Origin: Opitutales bacterium
GTDB lineage: Bacteria; Verrucomicrobiota; Verrucomicrobiia; Opitutales; Seribacteraceae
Length of the DNA stretch: 54,312 nt
Assembly: GCA_029251885.1 (NCBI GenBank)
Contig: JAQXCL010000097.1
Span: forward strand, 1 to 54,312
Direction of reading: 5' to 3'
In this document: positions 18,758-29,269 of the stretch, one piece after another
Position numbering within the stretch: the stretch's first letter is position 1
Layout of the letters: each line of letters begins with the position of its first letter
Translations under genes and position numbers: made by a program
Notes under the pieces: generated by a model
The model's input: only the letters and a program-made list of their open reading frames with translations
Database searches by the model: none
Told to the model about the DNA's origin: nothing

Positions 18758-20955
18758 ACACCGTAAAAAAAATAAACCTTCATCTTTTCACTCTCTTAGT
18801 CTTTTTCTTCCTTTCTCTATTTGTAGGCTGTGAAGACAATACCCTTAAAAAACCGGACTCAGTAAATCCAGGAAGCCAACCAAAGGAAAAGGCTCGAACT
18901 ATGGGCGAATCGGACCGTGAGTATATTCGGGAATTGGCCCGCGAATTTGCTCAGGAATTGAGAAAAGAGATCGGCTCTTCTGTCGGGGATGTAAAAGCTG
19001 ATCAACCAAGCAAAGAAAAAACATTTACTGATTTTTCCGGGCTTTTAGATGAATCGGGAAACCCTCATCCTCTGCTGGCTCATTGCTCCGATTCGGTTCT
19101 GGAATTTTACTTAAAGCACAAAGACGCATTTCAGATCTCTAGCATTAATCAATTACCCAAGGATTTGCAATGGGAGGATGGTTCAAAGGAGGATAAATTT
19201 GCTTCTCCTGACGCCAAGCGTGGAGGAACTTGGAAAACTTTCATGTCTGATTTTCCCAGGACCTTGCGAACCATTGGGCCGGATGCCAATGGAGCTTTTC
19301 GTCGATATTTGCTCGATTATAACGGTGTGGGCCTGGTGATGACACATCCAAATTCTGATGGCTATTATCCTGGGCTCGCAGAGCGGTGGGCTCTCGGAAA
19401 AGATGGCCGCACCGTTTATTTTCAATTGGATGGTGATGCGAGGTATAGCGATGGACAGCCAGTGCGGGCGAGTGATTTTTTCTTCACCTTCTATTTTATG
19501 AGGAGCAAACATCTGCAAGCTCCCTGGTACAATGATTTCTACGGAAAGGACAAATTTCTAAAGGTTACACTTTTTAATAAAGATACGCTTTCCATAACTT
19601 ATCATTCCTCAAAGCCGGACTTGGTTGAGCGCATTTCTATACGTTCTATACCCGAACACTTTTATGATGAACTGGGTGGTGATTATCTTAAAAAATACCA
19701 ATGGGTCCAGGAACCAACAACTGGTCCCTATGTGGTTCGAAAAGAGGACATCAAAAAAGGTCAGTCTGTAACTCTTACCCGTTTATCCAATTGGTGGGCT
19801 GATCAAAAAAAGTTTTATCGCAACCGATACAACCCTGACCGGATCCTGGTCCAAGTCATTCGTGACCCAAGCAAAGCTTTTGAGGTATTTCTCAAGGGGG
19901 ATCTTGATATGTTTAGTTTGTCCAAAACCGATTATTGGTACGAAAAGTTGCCCAATGATCATCAATTAGTGAGTGAGGGATATTTGACCAAGGTGACCTT
20001 TTTTAATCAAGTCCCACCCCCCTCCTATGCCCTACGGATCAATTCTTCTAAGCCTCCACTTGATGATTTAAATGTTCGAATTGGGTTTCATTATGCAATG
20101 AACTTTGATCTTGTTCTCCAGAAAATATTTCGGGGAGATTTTGAAAGGATGCGAACGGTGGCGGATGGATATGGCAATCGTTCTCATCCGACTTTGCAGG
20201 CTCGAAAATTTTCTGTTGATCTGGCGACAAAGTTTTTTGCCAAAGCGGGATACCGTGATCGTGGAAACGATGGAATTTTGATCAATGATGCAGGCAAACG
20301 ATTGTCAGTCGAATTGCTCACGGGCTATAAACATCTGGAGGATGTGCTAGTGGTTTTGCGAGAGGAGGCCAAAAAAGCAGGGCTTGATTTAAAGCTTAAA
20401 ATACTCGAGAGCACAGCCGCTTTTAAGACGGCATCAGAGAAAAATCATCAGGTTGTTTTTTCAGCGTTTAGTTCCTTTGTCGAATTGTTTCCCCGTTTTT
20501 GGGAACCTTATCATTCAGATAATGCCTATTCACCTGGGGGAAAGGAAAAGTTTAATGCTGATGGGTCGTTACGGTCAGACATTGTAGTGAAAACAAGTAC
20601 CAATAATTTTACCCAAACCGCTGTTCTCGAAATTGATCAGTTAATCGATCAATATAGAGTTGAGGAGAGCTTAAAGGAAATTACCAGTTTGGCTCATCAA
20701 TTAAGTAAATTGATTCATGACCATGCGGTCTATGTACCAGGTTGGAAAAAGCCGTGGTTACGAATGGGGCATTGGAATTGGGTGGCATTCCCAGAAGACT
20801 GGGGCCCTTGTGAAACCAGAGACTATGCAGAATTTCAAGTTTTTTGGATCGATGAAGATAAGAGGTTAGTGATTAATGAGGCGAGAAAGAATGGCAGGAA
20901 ATTAGCCGATCAAGTTGGTGTGAGAGTTTATGAAAAACACCGGATCAATTTGTAA
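18754..20955 (+). CDS. yejA: Peptide ABC substrate-binding lipoprotein, YejA-like
   Basis: Lipobox FVGC, SPDAKRGG, PRTLRTIGPDAN, ARYSDGQPV and TGPY. Confidence 0.85.
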   Translation: MNTVKKINLHLFTLLVFFFLSLFVGCEDNTLKKPDSVNPGSQPKEKARTMGESDREYIRELAREFAQELRKEIGSSVGDVKADQPSKEKTFTDFSGLLDESGNPHPLLAHCSDSVLEFYLKHKDAFQISSINQLPKDLQWEDGSKEDKFASPDAKRGGTWKTFMSDFPRTLRTIGPDANGAFRRYLLDYNGVGLVMTHPNSDGYYPGLAERWALGKDGRTVYFQLDGDARYSDGQPVRASDFFFTFYFMRSKHLQAPWYNDFYGKDKFLKVTLFNKDTLSITYHSSKPDLVERISIRSIPEHFYDELGGDYLKKYQWVQEPTTGPYVVRKEDIKKGQSVTLTRLSNWWADQKKFYRNRYNPDRILVQVIRDPSKAFEVFLKGDLDMFSLSKTDYWYEKLPNDHQLVSEGYLTKVTFFNQVPPPSYALRINSSKPPLDDLNVRIGFHYAMNFDLVLQKIFRGDFERMRTVADGYGNRSHPTLQARKFSVDLATKFFAKAGYRDRGNDGILINDAGKRLSVELLTGYKHLEDVLVVLREEAKKAGLDLKLKILESTAAFKTASEKNHQVVFSAFSSFVELFPRFWEPYHSDNAYSPGGKEKFNADGSLRSDIVVKTSTNNFTQTAVLEIDQLIDQYRVEESLKEITSLAHQLSKLIHDHAVYVPGWKKPWLRMGHWNWVAFPEDWGPCETRDYAEFQVFWIDEDKRLVINEARKNGRKLADQVGVRVYEKHRINL

Positions 20956-20993
20956 GCGAAAAGATTTTGCTCAATGCAAACCAACAATTTTAA

Positions 20994-21992
20994 ATGAATC
21001 TGCTTGAGGTAAGAGGGCTGGAAGTTGCCTTTGAAAATGAAGAAGGCGATGACTTAGTCGTGGTCGATAGAGTGGATCTTTCTTTAAAGGCAGGGAAGAC
21101 GCTGGGACTTGTGGGCGAATCGGGTTGCGGTAAAAGCGTAAGTGCACTTTCTCTCCTTCGCTTGCTTCCGAAACCCACCGGTAAAATTCTTAACGGTTCT
21201 ATTTTGTGGAAGGGCAACGATTTGCTTACCGTGTCTTCCGATGACATTCGGTCCATTCGTGGAAATGAGATCGGAATGATTTTTCAGGAACCGATGAATG
21301 CACTAAATCCTGCTCATACGATCGGAAGGCAAGTGGATGAGGTCTATATTACTCATCAAGGTTTGGATAGTGGGCAAGCCCGAGTTCATACCTTAAAAAT
21401 GTTGGAAAAAGTGGGCATCCCAGAGCCCGGTATCCGAGCAAATGAATACCCTCATCAATTGTCTGGAGGTATGAGGCAGCGGATCGTAATTGCCATTGCT
21501 TTAGCTTGCGAACCCGATCTGATTATTGCCGACGAGCCAACCACAGCCCTTGATGTTACTATTCAGGCACAAGTTCTTCAGCTGATGTCCGAACTACAGG
21601 AACAGTCAGGTGCGTCCCTACTTCTAATCACTCACGATTTGGGCGTGGTTGCTCAGACTTGTGATGAGGTAGCCGTCATGTATGCAGGAAGAATCGTTGA
21701 GCGAGCTCCTATGCGTAGACTTTTTGAATTCCCCCAACATGCCTATACTCGAGGTTTGCTCGCTTCAATACCTTCGCTTACTGGTCCTATTCAAACAGAA
21801 TTACCCGTAATTCCGGGAATAGTTCCGGCATTAGCAGATTTGAACTCAGGCTGTCGCTTTGCTCCGAGAAGTTCGTATGCTCACGAACAGGAGTGGTTGG
21901 ATGTACGAGCTCCTTTGGTGGAAGTCGAAGATAATCATTGGGTTGAGGATTGTCCCGCGTGCAGACGTTTAAATAGCGACGCTTTATCTTAA
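20994..21992 (+). CDS. Peptide ABC ATPase, OppD/DppD-like
   Basis: [28 protein letters not shown] and the C-terminal GCRFAPR oligo_HPY domain. Confidence 0.93.
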   Translation: MNLLEVRGLEVAFENEEGDDLVVVDRVDLSLKAGKTLGLVGESGCGKSVSALSLLRLLPKPTGKILNGSILWKGNDLLTVSSDDIRSIRGNEIGMIFQEPMNALNPAHTIGRQVDEVYITHQGLDSGQARVHTLKMLEKVGIPEPGIRANEYPHQLSGGMRQRIVIAIALACEPDLIIADEPTTALDVTIQAQVLQLMSELQEQSGASLLLITHDLGVVAQTCDEVAVMYAGRIVERAPMRRLFEFPQHAYTRGLLASIPSLTGPIQTELPVIPGIVPALADLNSGCRFAPRSSYAHEQEWLDVRAPLVEVEDNHWVEDCPACRRLNSDALS

Positions 21993-22966
21993 TGGATAAA
22001 TTACTTAAAATATCTCAGTTGAAGGTTCACTTTCCTGTTAAAGGTGGAATTTGGATGCGTCCAGTAGCCACTTGCAAGGCAGTCGATGGAGTAAGCTTAG
22101 AAATTTCCAAAGGTGAGACTCTTGGGTTAGTCGGCGAATCGGGTTGTGGGAAATCAACATTGGCCAGAACGGTGGTCGGGTTAAACGAACCAACCACAGG
22201 AGAAATTTTGTTAGATGGACAAAAGCTTGGAGATTACAGTGGTAATTTTGGCAAAGGAAACCGTAAGCGTGTACAGATGGTCTTTCAGGATCCTGCAGAA
22301 TCGCTAAATTCTCGCCATACTGTTGGGCAAATCCTCGAGGAGCCCTTGGTAGTTCACAAAAAAGGAGATCAAGGTGAAAGAGCTTCTCGGGTAAAGGAAC
22401 TGCTGAACTTAGTAGGGTTACCATTGGGTTCAGTAACTCGTTATCCCTTTGAGTTTTCCGGCGGACAGCGTCAAAGAATTGGTATCGCCAGAGCGCTTGC
22501 GCTAAATCCTGAAGTTTTGGTTTTAGACGAGCCTGTATCTGCTCTTGATTTGTCCATTCGTAGTCAAGTTATCAATTTATTATTGAAGCTTAAAAATCGT
22601 CTCGGTTTGACCTGCCTTTTTATTTCACATGATCTCTCCGTCGTTCGCCATCTTTCAGATCGAATTGCGGTAATGTATTTGGGCAAGGTAGTTGAAATCG
22701 CATCTGCTGAAGAATTAATCAACAACCCACTGCACGCATATACGCGTTCATTAATTGGAGCAATCCCACAGGCTAACCCCAACGTACATGGTAAATTCTC
22801 CGTCCTCTCTGGAGAAGTTCCTTCACCGATTAATCCTCCACCTGGTTGTCCATTTGGATATCGTGTTGGTTCGCGCTTTTATACTGAAAGTATTGGCCAA
22901 TCTCTAGATTTAAAGGAATTCAGTCCTGGTCACTTTGTTCAAGACTGTCCTTGTTGTGTGATTTAA
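21992..22966 (+). CDS. Peptide ABC ATPase, OppF/DppF-like
   Basis: [24 protein letters not shown] and GEVPSPINPPPGCPF. Confidence 0.93.
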   Translation: MDKLLKISQLKVHFPVKGGIWMRPVATCKAVDGVSLEISKGETLGLVGESGCGKSTLARTVVGLNEPTTGEILLDGQKLGDYSGNFGKGNRKRVQMVFQDPAESLNSRHTVGQILEEPLVVHKKGDQGERASRVKELLNLVGLPLGSVTRYPFEFSGGQRQRIGIARALALNPEVLVLDEPVSALDLSIRSQVINLLLKLKNRLGLTCLFISHDLSVVRHLSDRIAVMYLGKVVEIASAEELINNPLHAYTRSLIGAIPQANPNVHGKFSVLSGEVPSPINPPPGCPFGYRVGSRFYTESIGQSLDLKEFSPGHFVQDCPCCVI

Positions 22967-23093
22967 AAGAATATTCATCTTCAAGCTATATTTTTAAATC
23001 TTATGTACAGTGGGTCTTGGGAATCATCCAAGAAAAGGCTTGCGGGTACTTACGGGTCTGTCTTTTATCCGAAAAGTTACCCTAAATTACTTA

Positions 23094-24824
23094 ATGTTTA
23101 TTAAGATCACTTCTTTTGCGATTTGCATAGTTTCCTTGTCCTTTGGATTATTTCCTTTGAACGGGCAAAATCCTGCGGATATGCCCATGCGGCAAGTGAT
23201 GAGCGAGGCTCAACAGTTAATTGGTCTGGGAGATTATGCCAGTGCAGCTCCATATTTAGACCAGCTTGAAATTCGCTTTGCTGGTGAAGGAAATCCGGAG
23301 GTTGAGAAAATTCTCGAACAATTTGGATATGTCCGGGGTGTTGGATACCTTCAAAACTTTGGCAAAACTGGAGACATGTCTAACATGCAAAGGGCAGCGG
23401 ATGCATTTGCAAAGTTTGTAGGGAAATATCCCGAAAATGAAAATGCAGTCGCTGCTATGCAGCAGCGCACTACTTGCTTGCGTGCTCTACAAAAATGGGA
23501 TGAAGCCGCAGAAGTTATCGAAGAATTGTTGGATGAGGATAAACCTTTTAAGAAAAAAATTCTTAGGAGGAGTGATTTAATGAATCTTTATTATGGTAGG
23601 GCTCAGTGTTACCACATTAAACAAAACTGGAGAAGTGGTGAAAAAGCTTTCGGGGAATTACTAAAATTTGCTGACCTAGCCAAGGATGAAGATAGGGCGG
23701 CTTACGCTGTTTCCTGCATGGTGGAAATGTTTGTTAAAGAGAAACGGATAGACGAGGTGTTTCCTCTATTGCCTAGGTTGTCAGGTGATACTCCTGCTCG
23801 CTTTGATCTTCGGTTAAATGTGAACCTGATGCAGGGGGCTGAGGTACTGAAGGAAAAAGACAGACACGTAGAAGCATCTCTTCTTTTTGCCTTAACTATG
23901 ACCACAGAAGAAATTGTGACCTTTTACACTTCAAGGGAAAAAGAAATCACCTATGAAATAGATCAAATACAGTCATTTATTGATTCACAAGGTAGACGCT
24001 TACCCCCAAAAAGAATAATGTCTCTCAAGAGTAGGATCAATGAATTAGCGATGAAGGCAACAAGTGCTCGGAGTCATCTAAAATTGGCAGAGAATACACC
24101 TTCCTTCACTACCGTTTTACGTTGGAGAAAAGCGGATAATTTTCAGGCTTGTAAGAGGGAGTGGGAGTCTTTCTGGGCATTTTACTGGCTCTACAAGGAC
24201 TTTCCTGATCATGAAATGGTGGAAAATTTCATTTATGCCGCATTTGCATCTGCAAACACCGTAAAATTTCGCGAGAAATCAATTGAGCTGGGAGAAGAAT
24301 ACTTGGCGAACAAGGAGTTATTGAAGTTCCGTGCCGATGTTACCTTTATTATGGCAAACGCGTATCGCCAGGAAGTTGTTTCACAAATGAAAGTCGTGGA
24401 GGAACTACAAGCTTCCCTGGCAACCGTTGATAAAGAGAAAGCGGCTACTGCAAAAGCAAAAGCTGACGAATATCAAGCCCGGTTTTTTGAGCTTTGTGAG
24501 GACTTTTTAGAAGTTATGCCTGAACACAAATATTCCCGTGAATTTATTGGTATGATGGGTGCTGAGTTTTTTAAACGCCAAGAATTTGACAAGTTGCTCT
24601 ATAAATTTGCTGGTTTCGAAAATGGAACTTTTAATCCATCCTTGGGATATGCAAACAAGAAAGAACTCCAAGGAACCGTAGCGATGGGCCGTATTAATTA
24701 CATGAGTGGACTGGCTTTGCTAGCCAGTGGAAACTATGACGCAGCTAAACCTTTCCTCGGTGCAGTTGTCGGGGTCAGTATTAAAGGCTTACCTTTGGAC
24801 AAAGCAGCGATTGAGGAAGAATGA
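23094..24824 (+). CDS. Exported tetratricopeptide-repeat (TPR) protein
   Basis: Signal peptide from ATG 23094; all-helical TPR-like units such as AADAFAKFVGKYPENENA and YYGRAQCYHIKQNW. Confidence 0.75.
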   Translation: MFIKITSFAICIVSLSFGLFPLNGQNPADMPMRQVMSEAQQLIGLGDYASAAPYLDQLEIRFAGEGNPEVEKILEQFGYVRGVGYLQNFGKTGDMSNMQRAADAFAKFVGKYPENENAVAAMQQRTTCLRALQKWDEAAEVIEELLDEDKPFKKKILRRSDLMNLYYGRAQCYHIKQNWRSGEKAFGELLKFADLAKDEDRAAYAVSCMVEMFVKEKRIDEVFPLLPRLSGDTPARFDLRLNVNLMQGAEVLKEKDRHVEASLLFALTMTTEEIVTFYTSREKEITYEIDQIQSFIDSQGRRLPPKRIMSLKSRINELAMKATSARSHLKLAENTPSFTTVLRWRKADNFQACKREWESFWAFYWLYKDFPDHEMVENFIYAAFASANTVKFREKSIELGEEYLANKELLKFRADVTFIMANAYRQEVVSQMKVVEELQASLATVDKEKAATAKAKADEYQARFFELCEDFLEVMPEHKYSREFIGMMGAEFFKRQEFDKLLYKFAGFENGTFNPSLGYANKKELQGTVAMGRINYMSGLALLASGNYDAAKPFLGAVVGVSIKGLPLDKAAIEEE

Positions 24825-27100
24825 TCATGAGTTGGTTGACTACATACCCATCAAAAAAAATCATTTCTAATTTGTTAGCATCTAGAATCATTTTTTTGCT
24901 TTCATTTCCGCTCATTTTGGGACCAATTGGTTGTGGAGGAGATGACTCTGTTACCACTGATGAGCCTGCAGAAAAAAAACCTGCGGCCCAAGTTGATTCC
25001 ACTAACATTACCGATGGTAATTTGGATGAGGGCCCAGCCCTAGCCACTGTAGAACCTGACCAAGAAGAGACTGAACCTCTCGAGGTTCCCGATCCGAATG
25101 GGGTATTTTTACCGATGTACGATGAGAAGGATGGTAAGATGGAAATGGTCAAATTAAACGATCATCCAGTTTACTCGAATGGGGAAGGCTACTTTTTATG
25201 GACTAATGGTTCTTTGTGGAATGTCACCACTAAGGTTGGTTCTGGGAGAACGGTTGCATCCGGTGGAGAAAACTTAGTTGATTCGTGGCCGAATGGAGCT
25301 CAAGCAAGATTTTCTCCGGATGAGGAGTATGCAAAACAGGCGATGTTCCGCTTGGCAGTTGCTTTTCAGGGATCTCAAGATAACGAAAATGCCATCCGTT
25401 TGTTTAGCCAGTTTGTAACTTTATTCCCTGAAGATAAACTTGTATCTGAAGTTTACCTAAGTATGGGAGATCTTGCTACAAGTGGATTGGGGCCAGACAC
25501 ACAACCAAGTATTAAGCAGATTCAACAAGCAAGGACGAGTTATTCCAATGTCCGACAAAATACTGAACAAATTGGTTTAATTTCTGATTCCGTTGCTAAC
25601 GAAGGTGGTCTACTGGAACGAGTGGGCGAAAACCCCGAAGGCTTGGTTAACCATTTCCTGAGTTTCGACAAAGATTCAGATAAATGCGTTGGTAAGAGGG
25701 AGTTCGATGCTTTGCGGGTGGACATGAAAGATACCTTCAAGTTTGCCTTTGCGGATCATGATTTTAGCGGCGATTCAAAATTACAATTTGAAGAACTTTA
25801 CGACGCCGCGACAACTTCCTGCTACAAGGAAATCGAATCTTTATACACTACTTACATGGGGAAATACGGAACCCAAGAAGGGGCTCAAGTAGCCAAAGCC
25901 ACCGAAAAAATTGGTTTTGCTAAGGAGAAATTAGGACAGCCTTCCGCCATGTTAAAGTTATACTTTGATGAAATCGAAAAGTTTGGAAATGATCCCGCAA
26001 ACCTTGGCGTTGATGATCTCCTCAAAAAATACTGCGAAAAGTATCGTTATTATGAGGATCGATTTGGACAAACCCTAGAGGTTTTGGAAAAACTCCAAAA
26101 TCCTTCAGAACAAGTATCATTCAATTATACAGATCGTAAAGGTATCGAGCAGCAGGTATCAGGTACGGTTCAGGAAATCATACTCGATCGCAGCAAAAGT
26201 TTGTCCATGCTCTCTTCTCAATACAATCAGATGGATCCGAAAATCTATGAGGATATCGTCAAGTATCGAGGAGGCGTTTTTAATAATCCAAAATACATCG
26301 AGCAATTTAAAGGATACTTAAAAAAATATGAGGGATTACAATCACGTTTTCCCAAGGATTTATCACCCTCCAAGGCATTTGCTTCCATGTTGCAAGTGGC
26401 TGAGTCCAATGGCCAAAAAAGCCTTGAACTCCGAATGAGGGCAAACCTTGACCGGGTTGGCTCTCGGGTTGGTTCGAACTACAATCCCCAGGCAAATGAT
26501 TTCCCTTCAGCCAGTCCAAGTGTTCTGATTTGGATGGCCCAAAAGATGTTGGCACAAAACGCACTCAAAGACGCTCTTGCAGCGATGGAAAGACTTTCTC
26601 AAGTCTATCCCAATGCTCAGGGTGAGCTTTTGTTTTCAGCTAACTATATAATCGGTCAGGTTCATGATAAAAATAAGGATTTTGAAGAATCTGCTAATAG
26701 CTATGACGTTGCGATTACCAATGCTCCATGGCACCCTAATTCCAACAATGCCCGATTACGCAAAGGTCATGCCTTGTACGAAATTGCTAAAATCAATAAG
26801 GACAACGAGAAGTTTCTTTTAGCTCAGGCTTCTTTTGGTGAAGCCAGAGATAGTGACGAAAGTACCATGGAGTTGAAAGGTGAATGCTCTTACATGATGG
26901 GGGAATGCCTTAAAGAGATGAGAGATTTTGAAGGGGCATCCCGACATTTTGATGACACTACCTCAAGGTATGCTTCATCAGGTAAGTGGGCCGAGAAAGC
27001 TTTCGATCAAGCTATTAGCTGTTATGAAAGAATTGGTAATTCTAATCAAGTCAGCAGGCTGGAGAAGAGAAGAGATGATTGGCTAAGGAGGTACCAATGA
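24821..27100 (+). CDS. TPR lipoprotein with internal EF-hand-like pair
   Basis: Lipobox-like PIGC, acidic linker, TPR units (AMFRLAVAF...LFPEDKLVSEVYLSMGD; ARLRKGHALY; YMMGECL), and loops DKDSDKCVGKRE and DFSGDSKLQFEE. ATGA overlap with the upstream gene. Confidence 0.75.
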   Translation: MIMSWLTTYPSKKIISNLLASRIIFLLSFPLILGPIGCGGDDSVTTDEPAEKKPAAQVDSTNITDGNLDEGPALATVEPDQEETEPLEVPDPNGVFLPMYDEKDGKMEMVKLNDHPVYSNGEGYFLWTNGSLWNVTTKVGSGRTVASGGENLVDSWPNGAQARFSPDEEYAKQAMFRLAVAFQGSQDNENAIRLFSQFVTLFPEDKLVSEVYLSMGDLATSGLGPDTQPSIKQIQQARTSYSNVRQNTEQIGLISDSVANEGGLLERVGENPEGLVNHFLSFDKDSDKCVGKREFDALRVDMKDTFKFAFADHDFSGDSKLQFEELYDAATTSCYKEIESLYTTYMGKYGTQEGAQVAKATEKIGFAKEKLGQPSAMLKLYFDEIEKFGNDPANLGVDDLLKKYCEKYRYYEDRFGQTLEVLEKLQNPSEQVSFNYTDRKGIEQQVSGTVQEIILDRSKSLSMLSSQYNQMDPKIYEDIVKYRGGVFNNPKYIEQFKGYLKKYEGLQSRFPKDLSPSKAFASMLQVAESNGQKSLELRMRANLDRVGSRVGSNYNPQANDFPSASPSVLIWMAQKMLAQNALKDALAAMERLSQVYPNAQGELLFSANYIIGQVHDKNKDFEESANSYDVAITNAPWHPNSNNARLRKGHALYEIAKINKDNEKFLLAQASFGEARDSDESTMELKGECSYMMGECLKEMRDFEGASRHFDDTTSRYASSGKWAEKAFDQAISCYERIGNSNQVSRLEKRRDDWLRRYQ

Positions 27101-28341
27101 TAAATATTTTTTGTTCAAAGCGCTGGCTGTTCATCGTTGCTATTTTGTGTTCAAGCACCGCTTCTGCAGCAGAAGATTATTTTAAAAAATACGCTGGTGG
27201 TGGTATTCCGGTAAAAGTACATTACCTAAAGTCAGCTGCTACTAAGCCAATGAAGCTTTTGGGCATAGACTCGGCTCGAGGCATAATTTATGCAGAAATG
27301 GAGGGTGCTGGGCGATTGGAGCTAGAGTTGCGTGGTCTGCAGAGACAGAATATCAAGAAATTTGAGTTCAACTGGTCAAGAAACGCGAAAACGTACCTCA
27401 ACTACTTATCTAACGAGCAATACGACCCCCGTGTATTGACCGCATTAAGACCTGAGGTTTACAAAGCCATGCTCTTTCTTGATATGCCCTTTGAATACCT
27501 TGCCATTCACGATGATTGTTTGACCTATGTACAAGGTCTGTTGGGTATGGAGCAATACAATGAAGCTTTTTATTTACTCTCTCGTTTAAATCTTTCTCGA
27601 CTGGATGGTTTTGGATATCGAGATTTTTCAGAAGCTGCTCTTGAATTGTGCGGTAAAATGATTGTATCAAATCCTGATTCTGCTAAAGCATCGCGAGCTC
27701 TTTTGCAGCGAATATCGATTCGGGATAACAGTGCAGATCATGCCTCCTATCTACGCTTGGCAGATTCGTTAAGAAACCAAGGACTTTATACGGAGGCGAT
27801 TAGTGAATACGCTAGACTTGGACCGATTGTAGCCAAGGACCCAAATAGTCCATACAATAAAATTTTGGAAATATGGCCGGTTTATTGTTATATGAAACTT
27901 TATGAGGTCTATGCACCGGCCGCTGCGAAAGATAAAAGATATGCCGCGGCAGCAGGTAAAATGTTCAATTCTGCAGTTCAGGGTCTTAAAAAACTTGATG
28001 AAAAACCACCGGCTCGAAATACCAACGAGTATTCACTTTATAAATTATTGCGTTCTTTACTTCGCGTTCAATACGCCCGTCAATACGAAGCCCGCGGAGA
28101 AGATTTCAAGTCTGCAGATTATTACAGGCAGTCTGTACTCGAAGTTACAGAGGGTATAGTCAATGCCCGGATTGGACTAGATTGGTTGCCTGAATCCTTA
28201 ATGATGGCAGGAGATGCTTATGAAAAGCTTGACCTTCAAGAAGCTGCCCGAAATGTCTACAATCAAATCAAAGTATTCTTTCCTAAAACCAAGTGGGAAA
28301 AAATGAGTATCGAACGACTGGCAAAACTGCCCCAATCATAA
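27097..28341 (+). CDS. Exported TPR protein
   Basis: Signal peptide ending ASA; C-terminal TPR (WLPESLMMAGDAYEKL...ARNVYNQIKVFFP). ATG 27097 overlaps the upstream TGA. Confidence 0.75.
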   Translation: MINIFCSKRWLFIVAILCSSTASAAEDYFKKYAGGGIPVKVHYLKSAATKPMKLLGIDSARGIIYAEMEGAGRLELELRGLQRQNIKKFEFNWSRNAKTYLNYLSNEQYDPRVLTALRPEVYKAMLFLDMPFEYLAIHDDCLTYVQGLLGMEQYNEAFYLLSRLNLSRLDGFGYRDFSEAALELCGKMIVSNPDSAKASRALLQRISIRDNSADHASYLRLADSLRNQGLYTEAISEYARLGPIVAKDPNSPYNKILEIWPVYCYMKLYEVYAPAAAKDKRYAAAAGKMFNSAVQGLKKLDEKPPARNTNEYSLYKLLRSLLRVQYARQYEARGEDFKSADYYRQSVLEVTEGIVNARIGLDWLPESLMMAGDAYEKLDLQEAARNVYNQIKVFFPKTKWEKMSIERLAKLPQS

Positions 28342-28400
28342 TCCATCAAATCCTCGTTGACCTACATCAATTTTCTTACTTTTCTAATTACTTAATCGCA

Positions 28401-29222
28401 ATGAACCGCACTATGAAACCTTGTACCTTACGTATACCTGCCTGCCTACTCTTACTTTACGCTACTTTTTCGCCAACGATGCTGGTTAATAAAGCTATGG
28501 CTCAAGACAGTAACCTTTTTGTTGCAGCATGGAGTAATTTGGGTCCCACTTTCTTTACTGTTTTTTTACTCCTTATTATTGCAGGTATAACTTTGATTAT
28601 TTTCAATAGTATCAATGTTCGCAGGAAAGCTTTTATTAAGGATGATGTAATTGATCCAATCATGGATGCAGTCAAGGGTCTTGATATTGAAGGTGCGAAA
28701 TCACTTTGCGACCAGTACAAACTTCCCATTACTTCGATTATAAAAGGTGGTTTGGAGCGGATACAAGATGACGAGTTAGATATCGAAGCGATTGAAAAAG
28801 GATTAGATGAAAACGCGGCTTTGCATATGTCGAAACCATTTACTTGGATTAATATGTTGAACACGGTTGGTTCAATTGCCCCAATGGTTGGATTGCTCGG
28901 TACCGTGGTTGGTATGATTGGTGCCTTTGCCGTCTTAACCAGTGCCGGTATGGGCGGAGAGGCAAGTAAGCAAATGGCTGGTAATATTGGTAGCGCGCTT
29001 TGGACGACAGCTGCCGGCCTTGTGGTTGCGATCCCTTGTCTGGTTTCATATTTTCTTTTCAAAACAAAGTTTGGTAACATAGCAGCTGAAGTGAACAAGG
29101 TTACAGGATCTATGGTCTTCACTCTGGTACGTGCTGCCCGTGGCGGTTTTGAAGAAGAAGGTGGTGCAGAGGAACAATATGAAGAAGATACTTTCGAGGA
29201 AACCGCTCCTGAACCTGCCTGA
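28401..29222 (+). CDS. exbB: MotA/TolQ/ExbB proton channel protein with probable cleavable signal peptide
   Basis: IAPMVGLLGTVVGMIGAF and ALWTTAAGLVVAIP; acidic C-terminal tail. Start at 28401 or 28413 is more plausible than 28293. Confidence 0.9.
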   Translation: MNRTMKPCTLRIPACLLLLYATFSPTMLVNKAMAQDSNLFVAAWSNLGPTFFTVFLLLIIAGITLIIFNSINVRRKAFIKDDVIDPIMDAVKGLDIEGAKSLCDQYKLPITSIIKGGLERIQDDELDIEAIEKGLDENAALHMSKPFTWINMLNTVGSIAPMVGLLGTVVGMIGAFAVLTSAGMGGEASKQMAGNIGSALWTTAAGLVVAIPCLVSYFLFKTKFGNIAAEVNKVTGSMVFTLVRAARGGFEEEGGAEEQYEEDTFEETAPEPA

Positions 29223-29269
29223 TTGAATATTTTTTCTCCCTTACTTACTGTTTGAAAAGACTGTAAATT

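Noticed and set aside
24815-24835. Frameshift or TGA readthrough joining the two TPR genes
   Set aside because: Standard ATGA coupling, a second in-frame TGA follows at once, and gene 2 has its own signal peptide and lipobox.
28502-29122. 206-aa hydrophobic antisense ORF
   Set aside because: Mirror of the exbB transmembrane codons.
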